From positions 7,054 through 71,053 of the forward strand of contig CAVGTO010000002.1 of assembly GCA_963631865.1 (NCBI GenBank): a stretch of DNA of 64,000 bases, in the 5' to 3' direction. The position numbers and the translations under genes were made by a program. The stretch is from Eggerthellaceae bacterium (GTDB lineage Bacteria > Bacteroidota > Bacteroidia > Bacteroidales > Marinilabiliaceae). Numbering within the stretch: the first letter of the stretch is position 1; each line of letters begins with the position of its first letter. Below are positions 8,441-16,439 of this stretch, in pieces. The notes beneath the pieces are model-generated. The model ran no database searches, had not been told where the DNA came from, and saw only the letters and a program-made list of their open reading frames with translations.

Positions 8441-9918
8441 AGAAGCAAGTCAAGACATCATACCGCCTAAGCGCACCCACGTGGATTGCGGCCCTCGCCA
8501 CTGCCCTCGCCACAGCGGCATGCGCCGACTCGCCAACAGCCACCACGCCCACCGACGGCCTCGCTCCACACATCTGGCCCGACTATGCGGACGTTACGAT
8601 ACCTGCCGCCACGGCACCCCTCAACTTCTGCGTGGACAGCGCAGAACAGGTCTTCGCAAGGGTGACAGGCGAGCGAGGAGGCGAGATAACGGCCAACGGG
8701 CAATATGCCGACTTCGACATCGACGAGTGGCACGAACTGACGACCCGCAATATGGGAGCCGACCTTACGGTATCCGTATCCACAAAACGGAACGGCAAAT
8801 GGATGCGCCACAACGACTTCACCATCCACGTAAGCGCCGACAGCCTTGGCGACTATGGGCTGACGTATCGCAAGATAGCCCCGGGATATGAGACCTACAG
8901 CGATATTGGAATATACCAGCGCGACATACACACCTTACGCGAGGAGGCCATAGTGGCATCGACGCTCGTGCCCGGCCAATGCATGTGCTGCCACACGGCC
9001 AACAGAGCCAACCCGCAGCAACTGACGCTCCACTTCCGCGGCCGGCATGCCGCCACGCTTATTCAGGTGGACGGAAACCGCAAATGGCTCACCACCAAGA
9101 CGGACAAGACGCTGTGCAACTGCATGTACCCCTACTGGCACCCGAGCGGCAACTATTGCGCCTACTCACTGAACAAAGTGAACCAAGTTTTCCTGACGGG
9201 GCACGAGAAGTTTATAGAAGTCTTCGACCGCGCATCGGACGCATGCGTGATGGACGTCAGGACGAACGAGCTCATCCTCTCGCCACTGCTCTCGACGGAG
9301 GACTACGAGACGTACCCCGTATTCTCGGCCGACGGACGCACGATGTACTATTGCTCGGCCAAGGCGGGCGAGAGAGAGCCACGTTACGACCTATGCGCCA
9401 TAAGTTTCGATGCGGACAAAGGGACCTTTGGCACCAAGGTGGACACCCTTATCCATGCTTCCGCCACGGGCAAAAGCATATCGCTGCCGCGCCCATCGTA
9501 CGACGGACGTTTCGTGATGTATTGCCTTGCGGACTACGGCTACTTCCCGATAGACCACCGGGAGGCAGACCTCTGGATATTGAACCTCAGCACGGGAGCG
9601 ACCTACCCCGCCGAAGCCGCCAACAGCGCGGACACCGAGAGTTTCCACAATTGGAGCTCAAACTCGCGGTGGGTGGTATTCTCCAGCCGACGGCATGACA
9701 GCATGACAAGCCTGGCCTACATAGCGCACGTAGACACGGCTGGGCACGTAGACAAACCCTTCCTCCTCCCGCAGCACAATCCGAGAGAGTTCTACCGTAC
9801 TTCGCTCCACTCGTTCAACACGCCGGACTTCACCACCGAGCCCGTCCGGATTGACCCGCGGGCCACGCAGGCCGAGGTGCTCAGCGACGAGCGGATACAA
9901 GTGACAGTCAGGGAATAG
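8437..9918 (+). CDS. Lipoprotein, copy 2: CxxCH motif and a PD40/TolB-like beta-propeller
   Basis: The ATG at 8437 overlaps the upstream TGA (ATGA). Lipobox 'ALATAAC'. Motifs: PDYADVTIP..APLNF, YRKIAPGYE, CMCCH, 'ESFHNWSSNSRWVVFSSRR'. Confidence 0.8.
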   Translation: MKKQVKTSYRLSAPTWIAALATALATAACADSPTATTPTDGLAPHIWPDYADVTIPAATAPLNFCVDSAEQVFARVTGERGGEITANGQYADFDIDEWHELTTRNMGADLTVSVSTKRNGKWMRHNDFTIHVSADSLGDYGLTYRKIAPGYETYSDIGIYQRDIHTLREEAIVASTLVPGQCMCCHTANRANPQQLTLHFRGRHAATLIQVDGNRKWLTTKTDKTLCNCMYPYWHPSGNYCAYSLNKVNQVFLTGHEKFIEVFDRASDACVMDVRTNELILSPLLSTEDYETYPVFSADGRTMYYCSAKAGEREPRYDLCAISFDADKGTFGTKVDTLIHASATGKSISLPRPSYDGRFVMYCLADYGYFPIDHREADLWILNLSTGATYPAEAANSADTESFHNWSSNSRWVVFSSRRHDSMTSLAYIAHVDTAGHVDKPFLLPQHNPREFYRTSLHSFNTPDFTTEPVRIDPRATQAEVLSDERIQVTVRE

Positions 9919-9954
9919 ATTTCAACTGAAAGCAAGAAAAAACAAAATCAAGAT

Positions 9955-10533
9955 ATGAAAAACGGAATTATAGCCCTTGCGGCATGCGCAATGGCACTCA
10001 CAGCATGCGACCAAACGCCGCTTTGCCACATCCACGGCACAGTGCCCTCTGAGAAATGGGACGGGCAATACGTATTCTTCGTGCCGCAATACGCCAAAGA
10101 CAGCATCGGAGTGGACTCCACCAAGATAACGGGTCACGAATTCACCTTCGAGACCACCAAGAAGGCCCTCTACGACGTACGCCTCAGCTGGCGCACACGC
10201 TACGGCATCCAGAACCTCCTCGTGGCCACCGAGCCGGGCCTTGTAGAGATAAGCCTGGACAGCATAAGCCACGGTGGCGGCGCCCCGCTGAACGACTCAC
10301 TGGAGGCGTGGAAGGAGCGCACGATGGCGTATAACGAGACATCGCACGCGTTGGCCGTGGCGTACCGCAACTTCTACGCGGCGGGCGACAGCATCATGGG
10401 CGACGCCGTGAAGGCACAGGCCAAAGCGGCCTACGAAAAGTATCGCGACGAAACTCTCCGCCTGGCCGAGAGCGTAGACGGCACACCATTGGAGATCTTC
10501 CTGCACCAGATATACGCGGCAAGAAAGAAATGA
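9955..10533 (+). CDS. Small lipoprotein, DUF4369-like N-terminal domain plus a helical tail
   Basis: 192 aa with lipobox 'ALTAC'. 'IHGTVPSEKWDGQYVFF...' resembles the DUF4369 beta-sandwich that usually precedes TlpA-type thioredoxins, but no thioredoxin CxxC is present. Its stop overlaps the next start (ATGA at 10530). Confidence 0.5.
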   Translation: MKNGIIALAACAMALTACDQTPLCHIHGTVPSEKWDGQYVFFVPQYAKDSIGVDSTKITGHEFTFETTKKALYDVRLSWRTRYGIQNLLVATEPGLVEISLDSISHGGGAPLNDSLEAWKERTMAYNETSHALAVAYRNFYAAGDSIMGDAVKAQAKAAYEKYRDETLRLAESVDGTPLEIFLHQIYAARKK

Positions 10534-12311
10534 CACAACAAAAGGCATGGCATGCGGCCCTGACGTCGGCATTCGGCGTCGGGGTATTCGCATTTTGGCG
10601 ATTGGCGCACCCCGAGGCACTATCGTGCGCCGAGGAGCTGCAGCTCTTCCTCTTTAGCGGCGACTACCTCACGGCACGGCTAGCCTACCCCGGCGGCCCG
10701 GCCACATACGTGGGCGAGTTTCTCACGCAGTTCTACAACCCTCTCACGCTCGGCGCCGTCATAGCAGCCCTGCTGATGGTGGTTGTCCAGCGGCTCACGT
10801 GGAAGTCTATGAAGGGCGTGCCCGAGGAGTTAGGGGAGAGAGGCGGAGAGGTGGCCTATGGGCTGTCGTTCGTCGTGCCGGCCTTATTGCTCGTCTTGAT
10901 GGGAGACGAGAGTATTTTGACGGGCCATATTGTCGAAGTGACATTAGGGCTTGGCGTTTGCTGCGCCTTCGCACGATATGGGACTTCGGATTTGCGCCGA
11001 GCGGTCATTTTGGGCATTGGTTTGCCCGTGACGTATTACCTTGGAGGATCGGCTGTTTACCTTGTCTTGGCATATGCCATAGTTTGGCGCATCGCCTCGC
11101 GGAAGAGGTTTGGGGCTTGGGACGCTATGTATCCCCTGGCCGTTTGCGAGATAGGGCTGTCGATATGGGTGGCGTCGCGTTTGGCGGCCTACCCTATCGA
11201 GAGGCTTGCCGTGGGCATTGGGAATTACCGTATGGCGGAGGTGCCTGTGGCGGTCGGATTGTCGATGCCCGCTGTAGGGCTCTTGGCCGCTTTGGCGGGA
11301 TTGAGAGTGATGAACGTCAGGCGGGTGTCGGGGCTCGGGATATTGGGTGTCATGCTGCTTTGCGTTGTCGGCACACGACTCTCTTACGACGAGTTCAAAT
11401 ATCGGGTGATGAAATATGACCTTTGCCTGCGCAAACGCGATTGGAAAGAGGCCATACGCATAGGCGAGAAATATGGAGCAAAATCACCACTAGAATTGGC
11501 ATCGATAAACTTCGCCCTTGCCATGCGCGGCGAGATGGCCGAGAGGATGTTCGAGTTCCCGCAAGTGAACAGCGAAGGACTATTGCCAGTCTTCAGCCGT
11601 GAAGTATTCTCGACAATGATGACGGGCGACATATATTTTGAACTAGGAATGGTGAACACGGCGCAGCGTTTCGCCTTCGAGGCACAAGAGGCCATACCTA
11701 ACCACCAGAAGAGCGGCCGACTGACGCGCCGCCTCGCCGAGGTGGCCATCGCCGACGGACATTACGCCCTAGCCCGGCGTTATCTCGGGGTGCTTAAGAA
11801 GACCTTCGCGTACCGTTCGTGGGCCCGACAGATGGAGGAACTTATCGCGGACGAGGCGCGGGTGAACGCCCATCCGCTTTTCAGCCGCCTGAGGCGGCAG
11901 CGAGTAAAGGAGGACTTTTTCTACAGTGACAGGGAGCTGGACCAGATGCTGGGCCTTCTCTTCAACCATGACAAGACGAACCGCTTGGCGGTGGACTACC
12001 TCTTGGCATGCGAACTGCTGACCAAGAACTTGCCTGCCTTCGTACGCTACGTGCCCCTGTTGGGACAGTTGCCGGACGGCGGCGGCATCCGCATTCCGAG
12101 GGCATATCAGGAGGCGCTGTGCATGGCGTGGGCGCAGAAACATACGAGTTTTGATGGCATGCCGTGGCGACTTGACGCGGAGGTCAAACAGTCGTTTGTT
12201 GACTTCGCACGGATTCACTCGGCCAATCAGAACGACGCGCGGCTCGGCGAGGGGCGCATTGGCAGCAGCTACTGGGCGTACTACACTCGTCAGCTAACAG
12301 TTAACAAGTAA
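10530..12311 (+). CDS. Large polytopic membrane protein with a helical C-terminal half, copy 3
   Basis: 593 aa. Motifs: 'HPEALSCAEELQLFLF', 'YVGEFLTQF', 'NFALAMRGEMAERMFEFPQ', 'LGMVNTAQ', 'GHYALARRYL'. The last codons (QLTVNK) lie in a heptamer array. Confidence 0.85.
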   Translation: MTQQKAWHAALTSAFGVGVFAFWRLAHPEALSCAEELQLFLFSGDYLTARLAYPGGPATYVGEFLTQFYNPLTLGAVIAALLMVVVQRLTWKSMKGVPEELGERGGEVAYGLSFVVPALLLVLMGDESILTGHIVEVTLGLGVCCAFARYGTSDLRRAVILGIGLPVTYYLGGSAVYLVLAYAIVWRIASRKRFGAWDAMYPLAVCEIGLSIWVASRLAAYPIERLAVGIGNYRMAEVPVAVGLSMPAVGLLAALAGLRVMNVRRVSGLGILGVMLLCVVGTRLSYDEFKYRVMKYDLCLRKRDWKEAIRIGEKYGAKSPLELASINFALAMRGEMAERMFEFPQVNSEGLLPVFSREVFSTMMTGDIYFELGMVNTAQRFAFEAQEAIPNHQKSGRLTRRLAEVAIADGHYALARRYLGVLKKTFAYRSWARQMEELIADEARVNAHPLFSRLRRQRVKEDFFYSDRELDQMLGLLFNHDKTNRLAVDYLLACELLTKNLPAFVRYVPLLGQLPDGGGIRIPRAYQEALCMAWAQKHTSFDGMPWRLDAEVKQSFVDFARIHSANQNDARLGEGRIGSSYWAYYTRQLTVNK

Positions 12312-12325
12312 CAGTTGACAGTTTA
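12291..12325 (+). repeat. (CAGTTNN)x5 heptamer array spanning the stop codon of the 10530 gene
   Basis: cagctaa cagttaa caagtaa cagttga cagttta. Confidence 0.85.
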
Positions 12326-12336
12326 CGAATAGAACC

Positions 12337-13755
12337 ATGCAAAAAGACATACTCTCCGCCACAGCCATTTTGGCGGCAACCATAATGTCATCTTGCGCCG
12401 AGAGGCCGACGGACGCACGGGAAATGGCCGCCGCACCCGAGATATGGCCGGACTATGCGGGCGTAACAATCCCGAAAGGCATAGCGCCGCTCAACTTCGC
12501 CATGGCCACGGACGACGCCACGGCGGTCTACGCCACAGCCACAAACGGCAAAGGCAATGAGATAACAGCCTCGGGCGAGGAAGCCGACTTCGACATCGAC
12601 GAGTGGCACAAGCTATTGGCGGATTGCGCAGGCGGCGACAGCATAATGGTAAAAGTCTCGGCGAAGTACGCCGACGGATGGAAGGCATACCGCCCATTCG
12701 CCATATACGTATCGGGCGACACGCTTGCCGACGGGGCATTGGCATACCGACGCATTGCCCCGGGATATGAAGTGTATAGCCATATGGGCATCTACGAGCG
12801 CGATTTGGCCACTTTCCGCGAGACTGCCATAATGGAGAACACGGAGGTGACAAACAGCTGCATAAACTGCCATACGTCGCGCCGCGGCAGCACGGGCGAC
12901 TACGTCTTCCACATCCGAGGCGAAAAGGGCGGCACTGTGGTATGCCACAACGGAAAGAAGAGGCTGGTCAACATGAAGCGACCCGAGACGATTGGCGCCA
13001 CGACGTACCCCGCATGGCATCCCGACGGGCGATATATGGCCTTCTCTGTTAACACCACCCGCCAATCGTTCCACCAGACGAGCGAGAAACGCTTGGAAGT
13101 CTTCGACGTGGCGAGCGACATGGTGGCCTACGATGCCGACGAGGACCGCATAATAACCACACCACTGCTCAACAGGACAGACAGTTGCTGGGAGACCTTC
13201 CCGTGCTTCAGCGCCGACGGGCGCACACTCTACTACTGCTCAGCGCGCCCGCAAGCCGTACCGGCCCACGTCACGGACATTCACTACATCCTGAACAGCA
13301 TCAGTTTCGACGCCACGGATGGGCAATTCGGGACAAAGATAGACACCGTATTGGACCTCAGCGAGCGAGGCCTCAGCATATCCCTACCCCGCACATCGCC
13401 AGACGGGCGATACCTAATGTTCACCGCCTGCAACTATGGCACCTTCCCCATTTGGCACCGCGAGGCGGACCTCTGGATAATGGACCTCAGGACAGGCGAG
13501 GCGAGGCCAATGGACGAGATAAACAGCGACGACACGGAGAGTTTCCATAATTGGAGCTCGGACTCGCGATGGGTGGTGTTCTCGAGCCGCCGCGGCGACG
13601 GGCTTTATACGCGGCTCTACCTGGCTCACGTCGATGCCAACGGGCATGCCTCGAAGCCGTTCCTCCTTCCGCAGGAGAGCCCCAAGAAGTTTTATCGGGA
13701 GATGATGGAGTCTTATAATGTGCCGGAGATGAAACAGTTAACAATTAACAGTTGA
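12337..13755 (+). CDS. Lipoprotein, copy 3: CxxCH motif and a PD40/TolB-like beta-propeller
   Basis: 472 aa with lipobox 'IMSSC'. Motifs: PDYAGVTIP..APLNF, YRRIAPGYE, CINCH, WHPDGRY / FSADGRT / TSPDGRY blades, 'ESFHNWSSDSRWVVFSSRR'. The last 7 codons (13735-13755) are a cagttaa caattaa cagttga array. Confidence 0.85.
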   Translation: MQKDILSATAILAATIMSSCAERPTDAREMAAAPEIWPDYAGVTIPKGIAPLNFAMATDDATAVYATATNGKGNEITASGEEADFDIDEWHKLLADCAGGDSIMVKVSAKYADGWKAYRPFAIYVSGDTLADGALAYRRIAPGYEVYSHMGIYERDLATFRETAIMENTEVTNSCINCHTSRRGSTGDYVFHIRGEKGGTVVCHNGKKRLVNMKRPETIGATTYPAWHPDGRYMAFSVNTTRQSFHQTSEKRLEVFDVASDMVAYDADEDRIITTPLLNRTDSCWETFPCFSADGRTLYYCSARPQAVPAHVTDIHYILNSISFDATDGQFGTKIDTVLDLSERGLSISLPRTSPDGRYLMFTACNYGTFPIWHREADLWIMDLRTGEARPMDEINSDDTESFHNWSSDSRWVVFSSRRGDGLYTRLYLAHVDANGHASKPFLLPQESPKKFYREMMESYNVPEMKQLTINS

Positions 13756-13785
13756 CGGGATTTTTGGCGTTTTTATTTACACCAC

Positions 13786-14589
13786 TTACCCCTTTTCCAT
13801 CGAGTCGTTGAAGGTTTCTATTTCGGAGACAAGGTTCTGGGCATGCTCCTTGAGCATGAAGATTTGGAAGGGGAGCATAGACTCCTCTTCGCGGGAATCT
13901 ATTAGGGCTTGGATATACTCGGCCTTGTCCTCCTTGCGGACTTTAGAGGGTACGAGATTGAATTCCATCTGGATGTAATTCATAATGAGGCGGGACATAC
14001 GGCCATTGCCATCGACCCAGGGATGAATGGCCACCAGTTTGTTGTGGGCATCGAAACTGAGCAGGTAAGCCTCCATCTCATCCGGGTTTTCAATCAATTT
14101 TTGCCTACGGATATTCATCTCATTGCAGAAATCAGACAAGTGGGACGGCACTTTCTGAAAGTTGAGATATGAGCGGCCACCAGCACCAGCCGTGACGTTA
14201 CAGAGTCGCAAATCACCCACCGAGGAGTCGAACTCGCCCATAGGCGTATTATATATGCTGCCTGTGTTTCGCATCACTATGGCCGCCAAACCTTTAAGCA
14301 TCTCTAAGGAGAAAGGCTTATGACTTGCGGCAAGAGATTTGGCACGTTGATAAGCATGCATAAGGTCGAGGTTCATAAGTTGCTCCACCATAGGTTTACC
14401 CTTGGCCGCAATGCCATCCTCGAAGAGGAGTTGGTTCTCAATTTCCGTAACAGTGGAGCCCTCGATTGCCGTGGAATGGGTAATAAGGGAGTAGAGGTAG
14501 AATTTCTGATAGTCAATCTGATCCGCTATACCTAAACGTTTATACTCCGCGAGAGCATCCCGCAGTTTGCCTATATATTCGCTTATCAT
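13786..14589 (-). CDS. Fic/DOC family protein (AMPylase-type)
   Basis: 267 aa with the canonical Fic motif 'HPWVDGNGRMSR'. Visibly more A/T-rich than the flanking genes. Confidence 0.85.
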   Translation of the reverse strand: MISEYIGKLRDALAEYKRLGIADQIDYQKFYLYSLITHSTAIEGSTVTEIENQLLFEDGIAAKGKPMVEQLMNLDLMHAYQRAKSLAASHKPFSLEMLKGLAAIVMRNTGSIYNTPMGEFDSSVGDLRLCNVTAGAGGRSYLNFQKVPSHLSDFCNEMNIRRQKLIENPDEMEAYLLSFDAHNKLVAIHPWVDGNGRMSRLIMNYIQMEFNLVPSKVRKEDKAEYIQALIDSREEESMLPFQIFMLKEHAQNLVSEIETFNDSMEKG

Positions 14590-14694
14590 ATCTGCCGCAA
14601 TTAATTTTTTACAGTCCGCGAAATAACATTGTTTTTTGGAAGTTCATAGAGCAAGAGACGATAAAGATTATACTCTAAATAATGAGCCGGGGAC

Positions 14695-14736
14695 TATGAA
14701 CTGTGAACAGAGAACTTCTAACCGCAAACTGAAAAA
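14695..14736 (-). repeat. Heptamer array, AACTG orientation on the + strand
   Basis: tatgaac tgtgaac agagaac ttctaac cgcaaac tgaaaaa. Confidence 0.7.
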
Positions 14737-14773
14737 AAGCCCCGGCGCCAAGCACGAGGGCAGGGCACCGGGG
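14732..14773 (-). terminator. Rho-independent terminator of the SusC/SusD/lipoprotein operon
   Basis: On the minus strand, CCCCGGTGCC - 14-nt loop - GGCGCCGGGG (one mismatch) followed by T7, 59 nt after the stop at 14832. Confidence 0.6.
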
Positions 14774-14831
14774 TCTCAAGTCAACTTATGTCTTATAAGT
14801 TGTTAGTCAGAATTTCGAGGGGGGAGGAGAT

Positions 14832-16340
14832 TTACTCCTTGACTTTGAACTGCCAGAAGGAAGCCTCGCTCCAGCTGCCGTAGTTCTCGAAGTCGCCACC
14901 GTCGGGGTAAACAAGTGTCATATGCTCGTTGTCGAGGTAAACGACCTCGTAGTCGGTAACGTACTTAGCCTCACCAGAGTGATCCTCTTTCCAGGCATTA
15001 ATCTCATAAGGCCAGAGGACAGAGTTCTCACCAGTTACGAGATGGCCGACAGCCCAATTCTCGGATGTGCGGGTGTTGTCGAAAGACCAAGTAGTTGTGT
15101 TGATGAGGTTGCCCTCGCCATCGTACTTTTTGAGTTCGCCGCCATCACTGAGGGTGAAGTAGGCATCGAAGCTCTCGTCGCCTTGGAGCTTGCCGCCAAC
15201 AGCGTTGACAACTTGATCAGCATCTCCGAAAGACGCATCGCCGCCTTGGGATATACCCCACCACTTGCCTGTACCTTGTGAGTAAAGCTCGGTGCCAGTT
15301 CCGGCCTTGTAGCCGATGTTGCCCCAGACGCAGCCGTCGGGAGCCTCGGTGTTCCAAGTCCACTTCTTCTCGGAGCCATCGACATTAGCGAGGCAACCAT
15401 CGTAATCCTCGGCCTTGAACTGCCAGAAAGCAGCCTCATCCCAGCCACCGAGGCCGGAGAAATTGCCGCCATCGGGGTAGACGAGAGTCATCTCAGACGG
15501 GGTGATGTAGACAACCTCATACTCGGTAACGTACTTGCCACCACCGTTCATCTCGAACGGCCAAAGGATAGAGTTCTCACCAGTCTTGAGGTGGTACTTA
15601 GCCCAATCGGTATTCTCGGTCTGCTCAACTACCTCGTAGGTGGTCTCGTTGAGCTTAGAGCCATTGCCGTCGTACTTCTCAATCATACCGTCTTCGGTGA
15701 AGACCATGTAGGCATCGAAACTTTCCTCGCCAGTGAGCTGGCCAGAAACAGAATGCTTAACCTGATCAGCCCATTCGGCCTCCTCTACGACGCCCCACCA
15801 TTGGCCATCGCCATTCTTCGCGAAGGTCTCGCCGTTGGTAGTGCCTCCGCCATATGCGAAGTTACCCCAGACGCGGCCATTGACAGCAGAAGTGTTCCAC
15901 TTGTAGGTCTTGCGGCCAGAGTTTGAGCAGAAGAGCTTCTCGGCAGTCGTGAGGTCTTGCTTAACGTAGACGTTGGCAGTCTTCTCGGCAACGATCTCAG
16001 TTCCGTCGGTATTGTAGAGTATGACGTAGAACTTCTGGTTGGGGTCCGAGCCACGGTTGGGCGCAATGGTGAAGGAGCCAGAAGCACCGAGGGCGAGGAC
16101 GTTCATGCTGCCATCGGACTTGAGGTTGTAGACCTTGACAATTTGGGCGGGGGAGGTGGTGTATGTGAAGTAATTGCCATCCTCGGCCGGGTTGCCGTCG
16201 GCGTCGGTCTGGGTGAAGGAGAAGGCTTGGGATACGGCTTCAGAGGTGGTCTGAATGGGGTCGAAAGTGCCGTCTTCCTCCACGGGATCGCAAGCGCAGA
16301 GGAGGCAAGCGGTCGCCAGTAAGATATAACGTTTCTTCAT
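14832..16340 (-). CDS. PUL-associated surface lipoprotein with two tandem domains of about 165 aa (putative glycan-binding, SusE/F-like role)
   Basis: Lipobox 'LLCAC'. Lies directly downstream of SusD. The internal duplication is visible ('KWNTSAVNGRVWGNF...WQFKAED' versus 'TWNTEAPDGCVWGNI...WQFKVKE'). Confidence 0.6.
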   Translation of the reverse strand: MKKRYILLATACLLCACDPVEEDGTFDPIQTTSEAVSQAFSFTQTDADGNPAEDGNYFTYTTSPAQIVKVYNLKSDGSMNVLALGASGSFTIAPNRGSDPNQKFYVILYNTDGTEIVAEKTANVYVKQDLTTAEKLFCSNSGRKTYKWNTSAVNGRVWGNFAYGGGTTNGETFAKNGDGQWWGVVEEAEWADQVKHSVSGQLTGEESFDAYMVFTEDGMIEKYDGNGSKLNETTYEVVEQTENTDWAKYHLKTGENSILWPFEMNGGGKYVTEYEVVYITPSEMTLVYPDGGNFSGLGGWDEAAFWQFKAEDYDGCLANVDGSEKKWTWNTEAPDGCVWGNIGYKAGTGTELYSQGTGKWWGISQGGDASFGDADQVVNAVGGKLQGDESFDAYFTLSDGGELKKYDGEGNLINTTTWSFDNTRTSENWAVGHLVTGENSVLWPYEINAWKEDHSGEAKYVTDYEVVYLDNEHMTLVYPDGGDFENYGSWSEASFWQFKVKE

Positions 16341-16439
16341 TTTTGAGTCTCTTTACGTTGAGTGGCGCGTGTGGCCGACGGGGTTATTGAGCCCCATCGG
16401 CTCACGCCACTAAATCTTTATGTTGGTAAAAACAGCCTC

